64,000 bases of DNA from Pseudovirgaria hyperparasitica (taxonomy: Eukaryota): assembly GCA_010093815.1 (NCBI GenBank), contig ML996568.1; one strand, given 5' to 3'. The notes beneath the pieces were generated by a model that saw nothing but the letters and a program-made list of their open reading frames with translations, was not told the DNA's origin and did not search any database. Below are positions 22,935-35,775 of this stretch, one piece after another; position 1 is the first letter of the stretch, and each line of letters starts with the position of its first letter. Made by a program: the position numbers and the translations under genes.

Positions 22935-23024
22935 TGTTGAGATCGATCGAGAGAGAGGAAATGAGAGAAAGAGGTATAGAGATGTAGCGACGAAGAAAGA
23001 GAGAGAAAGATGGACGATCTACGC

Positions 23025-23122
23025 TGAAGTCGTTGAAGTCGTTGAAGTCGTTGAAGTCGTTGAAGTCGTTGAAGTCGTTGAAGTCGTTGATATGGCGTTG
23101 GTGATGATGATGATGATGATGA
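23025..23122. repeat. (GAAGTCGTT)x7 minisatellite plus (GAT)n microsatellite
   Basis: Directly visible tandem repeats upstream of the SET gene. Confidence 0.95.
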
Positions 23123-24778
23123 TAACTTGGCCGATCTTGAAACATATATGACACGCGCGTTGCGCCCGCGCAAGGTCGGGAAATGCTAAACGATCCTGGG
23201 ACAACCAACAGCTTATGTTGTTTCGTACATTTTAATCCGCGATGGATGATGAAAAGCTGGCAGCATGATGGCAGGACGCGATAGAGTGCATCATCGGATG
23301 TAGTTCTTCTAATTACCTAGCTCTTAGCCACATTTTATTCCGCGAACATAAGAAAACATGACACCAACAACAAGGCCAAGCCACCATGTCGATAATAAGA
23401 TATCCCAAATACATAGCAATGAATAGATAAATAATCCTTCGACGGATCTTGAATTTATTAGATATTTTTCCTATGTAGTCTAATTAGAGACATCGCTGCT
23501 GTCGCTGCTTTACCCCTCCCAAGTAATATGTGTCCGAGCTAAGCCCAGGTAGGTATGGAGAAAGATGTCGAACTACATCCAAGGATTGTACCAAAGCAGA
23601 CTAGCGCGCGGTGGCCACAAGCTGTAAACAACCCAAATCCAACTCATCCGCTACGAACACCGTCGTTTCCCTGCACCGGGCACTCCAAAGTTGCAAAGTC
23701 AGACAACGTTCATCCAGAGCATCCAGAAGTAGATTTTCCACGATCGAGGATCTAACATGAGCGGAGTTAACCGTGGGGTCGTCGCGGTACGGTACACAGG
23801 GAGAAGGAGAAATAAAGAAAGGTGGTGGCATAGTAAATGATAGTACATGTGATGGAAAACTGTCCATGTACATATATCTACTTATGGATTCTCTTCGCGG
23901 TTTTTTCTTTTTTTGATAAAATCTAGTTATATACATCTATACCCATCTCTCTATGCATACCATGTATTGTAAAGCAAGTTCCGGCATGTATAGCGTGACG
24001 ACAGAGGGGGATAGAGGTCCTGAGACTGTGAAGATATAACCAACACGGCGAGATGTGCTCGTCCGGATATCAAGCGCTGCAGGGGCGTCTCGCGCGGCTA
24101 TTGCAGCGGACTACTCGGTGAGCTCGGCACTGTCCGGCTCGTTGGATCTGGTGTACGCGAATGGCGGCGCATCATGCTCGCGACTCGGTCTTAAGTGCAA
24201 TATCATGGAAGCAAGGACACTCATAAACGCGCGCTTGAGTCAGATCCCCATATATTGGAATCTCCAGTAGCCACAAACACGTGCCAATGAATCCAAGGTG
24301 ATGATTGCTTCACTAACATGTGTCTGTTGGGACGTGTTTGGGTCTTCTGACCCGATCTCTCAAGCGTCCTATTGATTGGAGCCAGCCGTCTTAGTTGTCA
24401 AAACGCAATCGTTCAACAGCGCCGAGGTATCGGCGTCAACCGGTTGAAACACGCAAGTGAACCCACCGCGATGGAGAGAATCGCGTGGGATCCTGGAAAG
24501 GGACTGCGCCGCACGGAGGAATACCCGTCTATCCATGCACTGAATTAATGCGCGACCAACAGACAAGGAACGCACATCTGGGTACGTCAACGGCAAGGAA
24601 CAATAGCTGCTCATTTTAGCGCTGCCTTGCTTCAATCGCACGGTCATGACCCCCAACCGGTCTACTCGTCTTCGCTCAAAGATACGAGACATGAAGATCG
24701 CGTTTTGCGACAGACCATTCTCTCCCGTACAATGTTTGAGTGACTCGCACGGCTGCCACCTGCCATTGAAACGTAGAC

Positions 24779-25680
24779 TCATTGCGCAATCACTCCAACG
24801 TCCTGAATATCCTCGCGCTGTTCAAATTTCGCCTTTTTCCCGATAGCGCCCCCCGGATGGTTCCGCAGGAATACGTCGCGTGTAGCGCCCTGGTGGAGCG
24901 CATCGGCTGCCGCAAGAGCTAGCATATCACCGACGGCCATGGCCACAGTTGTCGATGTTGTCGGCGCGGCCACGCCAAATGAGTCTTCCTCACGCTCGTG
25001 TATAGGCGCAGGGAGGACAATGGCATTGCTGCGGTCATGCAGCAGCGGGCAGGCACCAGCCTTTGTATGTCCTGTGAGCGCAATTACGGTCGTCGCTGCA
25101 GGGAGGTGGGGTAGAATGGCTAATAGCTCGGGGGTACGCCCGGAGAAGGTTATGAAGAGCACAACATCGTCCTGCTGGGTGTAAGCGACAAGTCTAGTCT
25201 AGGATACAGTTCGAAGTCGGGAGCACACACAGGCTGTATATCACCCAGGTCGCCATGAATAGCTTCGGCGGCGTGCATGAAGGCGCAGCGAATGCCCAAG
25301 CTCTTCATCGTGGCTGTCGTCTTCATACCGACAAGTCCGCTCTTGCCAATGCCACATACGATGATCTTGCCCCTGCTCTGATGTGCGCGGACGACCGACT
25401 CGACGGCCTGTACGAGGCCATCGCGCGCGGCGGGGTCGGTCTGATAGAGACGCGAGACATGCGAGAGCGCAGTCGCCTCGATGGAGAGCACGTTCACGGC
25501 GGTGGTGAGAATGTGCGACGAGCCAGCATCGGTCGCGGACAGCGGAGGGGTCACAGGCCCTTCAGCGGAGCGCTTCCTCTTTTGTGGCGGTGGAGCAGGG
25601 GGTGGAGCTGGAGCTGGCGCCCTGGCAGCTGGTGTCGCGGAAATGCTCGCAACAGGCGAAGTCTGGGTATTATTATGCAT
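24779..25680 (-). CDS. SIS-domain sugar-phosphate isomerase-like protein (KpsF/GutQ family, no CBS domains)
   Basis: GKIIVCGIGKSGLVG, FMHAAEAIHGDLG, FSGRTPEL, APTTSTT..GDMLA and RNHPGGAIG motifs. One intron from 25230 to a NAGNAG acceptor at 25172/25175. Confidence 0.9.
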
Positions 25681-28600
25681 GACTGGGTCGTACAGGAGAA
25701 AGTCTTGGAGCGTCAAGAGGTTGCTGACTTGGTCCTTGAGCCAGGCTCTTATGAATGAGCTGAGTGAGCAAGCGGCGGAGCGGAGCGATAAAGGCCGAAG
25801 AGTGCCCCATGCCTAGAGATTTATAAGGGCAATGATGACGGAATTCGTTGCGTGTGGAGTCGTCGACGCTGGCCAGGATTAGGGCCTAGAACAGAAGAAG
25901 CTTGGGTGGAGCCATGGTTGCGCGCGGCCAGCGACAGACGAGCCTGTTGTTTGACCTTTTTTTGCCGCGTCGTCGTTTTGGGCGGAAGAAGCGCGATATA
26001 GAATACGTAGTAGGAGGGTGGTTGGGGTGTGTGGTGTTTTACAATTTGTGGCGGCGTGGGCAAGCACGGGCGATAGTGGTAGGGAGGTAGGCAGCTGCAG
26101 TGGCTGAAGGTAGCTGGCTAAGCACCTAGATTAGGCAGGTCAGGTCAGCTACGTTTAGGGGGGAGATGATGTCGCCAAATAGGCAGGTCAAGCTCGCCAG
26201 ATAAACATACTGTGTCACCAACCTCAGCTGGACCGTCGCTGCCTTCCAGAGTTTGGTCATTGAGCCGCGTCAGATAAACAACAACAGTAACGAAAAGGGG
26301 TTCTTTCGGGTGAAGTCGCGATATCGTCATCGCCTAGCGTCCGTTCTCCCGCCACTCTAGAAAGGGACTAATGCCCAAACCGTGCTAGCTCATTCTCAGC
26401 GTCAATCGAAGTTGGCGCCTCAGGCCACAGACTGCCGTTATTACCCGTTACCCGTTGCCCTGCACGCTAGACTAGACGCATCAGCTGCATTCCACACCAA
26501 GTGCTTATTACTATATATATGAAGTGTTGACGTCTTTGATATTAAGAGAGGCCTGTAGGAAAGCAGTCAGTCAAATGGACATGTGTTTCCTAGCAGCTCA
26601 TGTCGATGCGTCACATTGTGTGCTTACCTCAGACCAAACGCATGCTCTCAAACACCACAGGTCCCTTTCAGCTTGAACCGGCCAGGATTGGCCTTCTTAG
26701 TCCTGCAGACGGACAGATCATGGACATGCTGGACCTAACAAGGCATTTGCTTCTGACACGGACACCCAAGTGACAAAGGTCGAGTCGACGCCGCCCGCTG
26801 AGGCTTGCAGGAGTCCGTGCCCCCAACTACAGTACTCCATTGGAAAATACCTTACCATTCAATGCGAATCACGTCCCGGCTTCTGCTGACTCGTCCTTTT
26901 CCTAAATGCACATCACTTTCAAAATTCTGAGTCGAGCTCTCCATCTGATTCATCTGACCATCTCTACTGCAATTCGCAATGGACGTGTAATAACAGGACA
27001 CAAGAGTGTCATGCCAGACTAACTCGGGCCGATCAGTGAACGAGTGTTCGTTCGCAATTAGTACTCCTTACGTTTTCATGACTCGACGTCGTCTACGACA
27101 GCACATCCATTGTAATCAGAGAGACGCGAATGAGTATTCAGGGGCCATGGATCCAGGCTGGCCCCCCTGACATGCCCACTAGCTTCAACGGTCCGCAACG
27201 TTGAACCAGGTAAGGTCTGACTGACATGCAAGCATTGACTGTTCGGCAGCATCCGCTCTGATCTTGCGGAAATGTCAGCCATGACCAGCCTTTCATGCTG
27301 ATCAGGGAAGTAGTAGTATCCACCAACGTGTACAGTCTTGATGCACCGCAAGCTCCATTCTACTCAAACTGCCAACGCCCGTCCGTAGCCCGTGTCAATT
27401 CTACCGTTGACATGTGAGCTGGGAGTTACATCAGTGCGGCTCTCCTGCTACAGACCGTTGCAGAAGTGGCAAGCTCAACTCCCTTCACGTTTCCTGCGGC
27501 TTGGTGACTGTGTTTGCAATTATGGTTCGCGCATGTCGTCCAAGAGAAGAGACCCCAACCTTCTCCACATTTTGCCAAGGTCGAATGTTCCAGGCGTGGG
27601 TCGGTGCAACTGTATTGCATGTACTATGGACGAGTAAGATGCGAGTTCCATGTCCGATCTCAGATGTACTGTGTTGAGCCAATTGCATTTCGTACCGATC
27701 CAAGCAAATTCAGACCGGCGCCCGGGCCACAGAGCGCAGTCTTGTCCCGAGAGGCAGCTGCTGTGCAACGACTCGATCATGACGAAAGTGATCGAATATC
27801 TTCATATGGCCTCCAAAATTCTGGATGCGGTGGAGGGAAGTCACCAGTGTCATGTCAGACCAGGTTGCTGGACACACTTCTACGCGGCTAGCCGTTGGGG
27901 TTAGTAACGATTGATCCATTGACATGCATCGTTATCCTGTCGAACACAACACCACTGCATCCGGCGGACGCGGACTACGGGTAGTTCTGTGCAACCGACA
28001 CCGAGCGCATCAGAGCGATCCTTCCTATGCAGAACTGTTGGTCTAGTACGGCTTGGGAGAGATGGTTCGTGGTTGGTAGTGCTGGCGTTCCCTGCAACGA
28101 GACACGGTCCGACTGAGGCTGCAAGCCATTACACTGGTCGAGCGCTTGCAACGCCATCTCAGGCATGGTGGTTCTGCACGCTGTTTCGTTGTCTTCCAAG
28201 CGGTCGGTTCTGCTGTCATTGCTGCCCGTCGAGCTGAATACCGTGGTGCCAACAAGCTTTTGCCTCACCGCAAAGCTCCTCGAAGCCGCTGACGGAGAGC
28301 TCAGAGCCAATGATTTCGTCTGCAAGATGCAATCATACACTTCGATGATGACCTCGTGTGTGCAATGTCATGATGGAAGTATCGTATGACGCGTGGGCCT
28401 GGGCCAGCTGAGTCATCTTCATCCATGTGTTGCGCGCATCTTCTTGCTGCCTACAGGAATGCTTGCATCTCTGCCGTCGACGCAACCGTCGCAACGTATG
28501 GATTGGCCTCCGACACTATGCCACGTGGGAAGTGCTGTCAAAGGGTTGCTGCCAAGCTCAAACAGGAAATATCGTCGATAGCTTCCGGTCATGCCTTGCC

Positions 28601-30031
28601 ACTGATCAGGAGGAGTATCCGGGGAATTGAACGAGGGTATGTCTAGCAACATAGCCGTACACTGGAAATCCAGAAGGGAACATCAAACTTTGACCGCACT
28701 AGAAGGGACACATCGCACACCCGTTTCTCGTGCAGCTTCAAGGACCAAAATGCTCACGAATGTGGTGATTCGAGCTACGAGCTACGTACTGTCGCTCTTG
28801 GTATCTGCTTACCGACTTGCGCTCTTTACCAGATCGAAGGGTGGTATATGCAGTCATTATCGGAAAGCCAGGAGTGCAGTCCACGAAATGCGAGCTGCCG
28901 AGACAGCGTCTGGCATAGACGCGACAAAAGGCGCATAGTACCAAAGACCAAAAGATCTAGTTTCGATGTCATGTGTCACGAGTAACGTATGATACAGCTC
29001 CTGCGATGGTCTTGATTTCTTCAGCATGTGAAGTAGTATGCATCCCCAGGTCTGCCCTAGGCCGATACCTCAGATGGTGTCCAATCATGCGAAGGCACGA
29101 CTCAGCAAGTGTGCTGCCGCACCTCCATCCGAAACAAATGCTCACATGTAGAGAAAGAGGACTCAGCAGAAGCAGCTTTGAAACGACGATGCCAAGTTGC
29201 CCGCATCGGCGCTGATGTTTGGGCGCGGCAACTGGAGGAGCTGCCTGCTAGGCCAACCTGACCAAGAACGTGCTGCAGGGCTTGCAGGTGATGGAAGTGT
29301 GGTGGACCAAAATGCGCATTGGTATGACGCGAAAGCCTGGTTTCCGTCTTGATGTGTTCCGGTGGAAACGCTGCTGAGGGAGGGGGTAAAAGGTACAGGG
29401 CGGGCTGTGGAGTGAGAGCTTAGTTGTCGTGTGCCGTCGGCATCTCGAATACGGAGGCTTGTGCGAGTCACATTGTTGGTCTTTGAAAGCAGGTAATTAA
29501 CGGCCCATATCAGAAAGTCATATCCAAGCATAGAATGATAGCGGGGAAACGGCAGTGGGAGTTCCAGTGGACCGAGTCAAGAGAATGAGTGACTTATTAA
29601 TTAGGTGACGGGACCGGAGGTAATACTGGGACGTCCACTTGCACGCTAACCAAAGTAAGCTGGTAGCTGGCTCAGGATGATGTCCACCGTGACATGAGTG
29701 TATATTTGAGAACAGCAGTCAATCTCATCAGAGGGCAAGCTAAATACGACAGGTCAAGTGGTGATATAATATATATCTATAGATGTTTATTTGCTATATA
29801 GACTAACGAGAATGGATCTACAAAGGAGATCCAGATATCCGAGGCGTGATCCGTCCTATGCTACATAGTCCATCCGAGCTATCCTGTCGATGTTACCCTG
29901 CGCCTATTACTTCGAAATAGTGTAAACACCCAACTCCCCATGATAGCATCCCCTCTAGACATAATCCATACCGAGAAAAAATACTTTGTCAACGACAGCA
30001 TCGGGATCCCAAGACCATTGTTCATGGCAGC

Positions 30032-32113
30032 TCAAGTGCGCTTCAGGTAAAGAGCAAGCCAGCCGAACAGTCTGTACCCTGCAATGATGCCAACGATGAT
30101 GCACAGATACTTGCCTTCCTGCCCAGTCTTGTAGCCATAAGTATCGAGCACTCCTTTACCATCGATCTTGCACTGGTCAATCAGATCTGTGACGTACATG
30201 CATTGACAGTCTCCATTTGCAAGGCGACCACAATCGTAGGTTCGATCCTTGAACTCATTGACCAACATGCCTTGGAAGACCCATCTTTGGTAGTCCATAA
30301 ACGAGAAGGCATACTTCCAGAACACATTGAGCTCCACAAGTGGGACTAGGAAACCGCCAACACTCATCCAGAGGCCATTTGCAAAGGCGGTGATGGCCAA
30401 TGCCACGACGAAGATGTTGGTCAAGCTCGAGATGAGAATGACGAGCGACTCTGCAGCGAGCAAGTCCAGAAATAGGTAGAGAACCCACATCATGAAGCCG
30501 GTGGCGGTGGGCTCGAAGTTTGACAGCCAGTAAGAGATGGCGGAGAACAGGACGGTGATGAGAAAGAGAAAGGGCAGTCCGGTGATGAAGTTTGCAACCA
30601 TAAAAGAGGTTGGGCCATACAGTCCATTTGCGCGCTCTTTGACAAAGAGGCTCCGGTCCTCATGAAACGACGGAATGTAGGCGACCGCCATGAAAGACAT
30701 AAAGGCACCTCCAAAGAAGATGGCATTGATAAAGGACTGGATGTTGTGTTGATCGGGAGTCAAGCGCAGCCAGACGGTGCCCATCATGACAGCCAGACCC
30801 ATGTACATGCCAACTCGGATCCAGTAGGTGACCAGATCTCTCCGGCTCTTGATAAAGGAACGATGGATGAGAGTGAAAGGAACCATGTAGGCGCTTGGAC
30901 CATCCTGTGTAGTCACTTCACACGTACAGGTCTCTGCAGTTGCGTGGAGAATCTCGTCAACAATGACGTTTGCATTTGGAGACTCTTTCCATGATCTCTG
31001 TATCTTGTGAAGTTCGAGCGAGGCCTGGCGTGAGTTTGGCTCAAAATCGACATTGACCAGATCAAGCATGAATTCGGCGGGATTCATGTGGATAGGCATG
31101 GGTCTGCCAAGGTTGTCAAAGTAGTGTTGCACATCCTGAACCAAGCCGTTGAAGACAGTCTTGCCCTGCGAAAGGAGGAGTAATCGATCGAAGAGTTGGA
31201 AGGTGTTTGTTGAAGGCTGATGGATACTGGCAATGACGATGAGCTAGCAAATGTCAGACATGCTCGTACGATTGAGCAGTTGAGGACAAACTTTGTATTT
31301 ACGCGCAATATTCTGGATGTAGCTGACGACCTCATAGCTTGCAGTGGAGTCAAGTCCAGAGGTGGGCTCGTCCAGAAACAGGATCTTAGGGCTCGTGATC
31401 AACTGGCTGGCGACGCTGAGACGGCGCTTCTGGCCGCCGCTGATGCCCTTTTGGACGGGACCTCCTACGAGAGTGTTGGCTTGGTTGAGCAGACCAAATG
31501 AAGCTAGTAACTCTTCGATTCTGACCATGCGGTCCTGCTTGGAAACGGAGCTGTAAAGGGTCAGGATGACTAGTGTGGAGTGACGTGGTGAAGACGGGCA
31601 TACCTAGGCAAAGACAAACGGGCGGCGAAATGGAGCGTTTCCTTGACAGTCAGGGCGGACATGAGGGAGTCGTTCTGTTCGACGTAGCGACCAATTTTGC
31701 GAAACTCGCGACCAGTTGTGTGGCGTCCGTTGATGAACAGGCGCTCGTGAGTCTCTCCCTTGATGTGCTCGGTGCGACGGGCGAGTACGTTGAGAAGAGT
31801 GGTTTTACCAGAGCCGCTGTGGACGACTTATCAGCAAAGCGGCGCAATGACGAGTTGTAGAAAGACGAACCTTGGACCCATTAGGGCAAGCATTTCACCT
31901 AGAGAAACAGTATCAATATGCGAAGTCATGGGAGGCGACGAGGGATAACTTACCAGCCTTGACGATCCCATTGATGTCGTGCAGAATGTCGGTTGGGCGC
32001 TTGAGAGTGCGATCTTTGACAGTGACAGTGACATTCTCCCAGCCAAAGCTGCGGACAGAAGAGTTTGTGAGGTTTATAAAGTCGCCCGAGGCGAGCTTCT
32101 CCATGTCGTCCAT
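30032..32113 (-). CDS. ABCG (White-like) half-size ABC transporter
   Basis: MGPSGSGKTT Walker A (split by a ~28-nt microexon), ISGGQKRR signature, LFLDEPTSGLD, SIHQP, NPAEF and an ABC2 membrane domain. Four introns. Confidence 0.95.
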
Positions 32114-32679
32114 GGAGGACCACGAAGAGTTTTGGCGCGAAATGTTGAAAGATTTGGTGGGACTAGCCCAACTTAAGGTAAGAGGGCAGATGAAGGGAGT
32201 TTAAAAGAGAGTGTAGTTGTCTTGTACGGGAGGATACAAACTTAAGTGCAGCCAAAACTTGAAGAGGAGGACAGGATGACTAAAGAACGGCGACCAAACT
32301 TGCAAAGATGTAAAGAGCAAAAAGATTGCGAAGTTTGTAATGAGAGGAAATCGAAGCAGAATATCAAGGTAGATTTCAGAATAATTACGATTGAGCAGAG
32401 AATTAAGGTGTTGAGGGTGGCGAAAGAGGGAACGGCGAAGTCAGTGAAAGCAACGGCGAGCAAGATGGATGAATGACAGGGGATTGCGGGGAAGGCGAGG
32501 GGAGATTGATCAAACAGAAGATAAGCGGCAAGAACGAACAAGACAGCAAAGCCAGAAGGAGCAATGGCATGGGACTTGTCGGCAGGAGTGGAACAAATGT
32601 GAAGAGAACGAAGCGGGCCGTGTTGGGGGGGTTATAACAAGAAAGTGAAGGTGGTGCAGCAGGCAAAAGCAGAGAGCTC

Positions 32680-32770
32680 TAGTCAGACAGTCAGTCAGAC
32701 AGTCAGACAGTCAGACAGAACAGCCAGGGGTCAGAAGGTGCAGTAAGAAGCAGAAGCAGAAGCAGAAGCA
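32680..32770. repeat. (CAGW)n and (GCAGAA)n microsatellites
   Basis: AGTCAGACAGTCAGTCAGAC.. and GAAGCAGAAGCAGAAGC.. Confidence 0.85.
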
Positions 32771-33149
32771 GGCGATATCTTTGATGAAGCAGCACGGAGA
32801 AGGGATGAACAGCAGAAGTAAGTAGTGAAGAAAGTGAAGGCAGAACGAGAGTGGCAGCAGGCATGTCCAGCACGGGCACAGTGATTCAAAGAGAAGAAAG
32901 CATTTCTGGACGGATGGCAGATTGAAGCGACGGCGCCTCAAAACCCAAAGCAGGCATTAGTTGTGCTGAAAGGGCAATACGGGCTGAGTGGGCTGACGGG
33001 GCTGTATACAGACAGCGCACATGTTGAACGTAATGAGCGGGCGTTGTAGAGGGCAAAAGGATGAAAAGATGGAAGAATGTTGGCAACGGCGAAGGGAGAC
33101 GAAATGAGCAGTGCGACGTGGGCTGAAGCTGGTAATGGTGGAGGTGTGT

Positions 33150-33300
33150 ACTCAGTGGTGCAGTAGTGTGTGTGCAGTGGTTGTAGTAGTGTGGTGGTGG
33201 TTGTAGTGGTGGTTAGTAGTAGTAGTAGTGGTAGTAGTAGCAGTAGTAGTATGTAGTAGTAGTAGTAGTGGTAGTAGTGGTAGTAGTGGTAGTAGTGGTG
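33150..33300. repeat. Imperfect (TAG/TGG)n microsatellite
   Basis: GTAGTAGTAGTGGTAGTAG.. over ~150 bp. Confidence 0.9.
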
Positions 33301-35775
33301 CAGTCCAACTAAGGCTCGACTCGAGTTGCGGAGTGGGTTGTTAAAAAGAGAGAGGGGGGAGGGGGTAGGAGAGGAGGGTGTGTGAGTGAGGTAGAGAGGT
33401 GGTAGGTACTAAGTAGTAGTAGTATGTAGGTACCTTCAGGGTTAGTAGGTATAGGTAGGGTATGCAGGAAGCAAAGGCAGGGAATCCCTAGAATAGTACA
33501 TAAGATAAGACGGGGCGCCGGGGGGGGGGGGTTAGAGTGGCGGGAGCTATCCATGTTCCAGTACCGTAGGCCGTAATTATTAGTTGCACAGGTCGGCGGC
33601 TGCAGGCTGTTTTGGCGGGGTTCGCTGCAGGATTCCAGAGCGTATTCGGAATACTGTATGCAGTATATCATGTCCCATCAGCATTGCTCGCCGCCGCCTC
33701 CGTCGCTCATCTCCATGCCGTGCACGGTCGACAGAGTTGACAGCTCTCTTTTTATGATATCTTTATTGATTAGGGAATTAAAGGTATTTGATAATTGGGT
33801 TCTACTTTGTCACTTTTGAGTGAGTAGATGCGTTTGACGCAGACTTTACTATACCAGTTGTGGTCATTTGTCTCAGCCCACGACTTTTGTGTCCGTGTTT
33901 GACAGTATGGCGACGCAGCAGTCTGCTTCAACCATCTGATCTGCAATCTACCGTGTGCGTGACTCGTTGAACTGTCAGATTCCACGCCAAACATCATCAA
34001 TCAATCTCTCAGGCACACAATCCTCTCATGACCCTTGACTGGAAGTTGCTGGCATGGATACCTGGAATAGATAGGTACAGGTGTCGGGTCAGGGACATAC
34101 ATCATGGATGTAGCTTACCTCAATCAAAGGTACCTCGTCGGCTAGTGTCCAGGAATGAATGAGACCAGTCACCCAAGGAATATCACCCCCCCCAACCCCC
34201 TCCCCCTCCCCCTCCCCCCCTCAAACTTGGTCGCAGATCGATTAGCTTCATCGCTGCAAGGGTGCGTGCAGATGCGTCGTTGCAGATCCGCGCCTAACGT
34301 CCATCCTCTAAACGTTAATCATTCAACGTCCAACGTCCAACAATCCAATTGAATAATCGTGAATTGCAATCTCAACTTTGATTACCCGCTATTCACAACA
34401 ATACCAACAATGCCTACAACAGTCTTTGTCACTCTTTCGTCTTGCTTGTGCCTTACTCACTCCCTTGAGCCCTAGACACCCTCTCGCCAACTGTCAGCTG
34501 CCAATCCACCTGCACAGCCCTGCCATTCCTGCTTACAATATCCTCTTCACACTTTACCTTGACATCACATTCTACCTACCTATCTACTACCTATCTACTC
34601 AACCGAGATCTCGCGTCAGCTCATCATTGCTCATCATCTCACCTACCACTACCAATCCACTATTCTCCCTTGCCTCCACTACACATCTGTGCTCCCGTTA
34701 TTCAGTCTACCCATCTTACCACATCAGCCTTGTTCGTTGTCTCCTTTCCTCTCTAGCTCCATCTTATCCATCTTCCGCCCTTCTCTCGGCTGCTCCCTCG
34801 ACACACAATGCCTCTTACATGTCAATCTCAACCCTCATATCCATGCTTCCCACTCATCTGTCACCACTTGCCCATAAACCCTGTCCCGCTGCCCGCTGTT
34901 CGGCGTGCTAGAGAGCCCAGAACTGCCGACCAGATGTCCTTGACATCTACTACTCTTTGGCCACCCGTATCCCCAGTGCATGCCTCCATCACATATCTGC
35001 CACTTGACTTCCGCGAGCCCGGCTTGTGGCTTTGGTCCGGCTCGTCTCTGTAACCTATCTGGACTCACTCCTAATTTTCAACCGGTCTGACACGTTCCAA
35101 ACCGGTCTCTCTGCTCTTGTGCTTCCTGTCTTGCCACACTTACCCTACATCTCTCTTCATGTCTGCCATCTCTCAACCGTGTCTTGACCGACACCGTACT
35201 CCCTCTGTGCTTCAATTGCCACCCACGCCTCCGGACACACGCTTCGTCAAGCCAACCGATCTATCCATACCCTTTTCGCGACTGCACACTGTAAATATTT
35301 GCATTGCGCTGTTTTCGGAAGGTCCCGTCGTGACTACCTCACCTCTATCCTGTCACCTCTCAGTTGTTCTTTCCCAATCATCCCTGCTACTCTTCCCGTC
35401 TCCTTCCGCCCGAAACTTCCATCAACATCACTACCGGATCGTCCGAGCCATCCTTCACCCGTCTGGCCTCACCTGCTTTTCTACCGGACACGGGCCTTCA
35501 CAAGCTTAAACCACACCCTCTCAATTCCATACACTTCACCATCCCATCCTCCATATATACCACCATCCCATCCTCCATATATATCACCCCTCTTCCACTC
35601 CATCTCACGACCACTCCTGGTATCATTAGCCACTCGCTCTCTACCATTCAACGCGCTTGACTTCTTGACTGTTTCCATCACCTCTCGTTTCTGCGTCTTC
35701 TGGGTCTTGAAGCTGCACGGTCACTTCTCTTACCTGGGACCATCACATCATTCTCACTACCATACATCTACGACC

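Noticed and set aside
22255..23208. 317-aa ORF with poly-His and (NDF)n
   Set aside because: Derived from micro/minisatellites and an alternative frame of the SET gene.
34378..35775. Ser/Leu/Pro-rich ORFs upstream of the sulfurase-like gene
   Set aside because: Stop-poor C/T-rich leader sequence with no domain signal.
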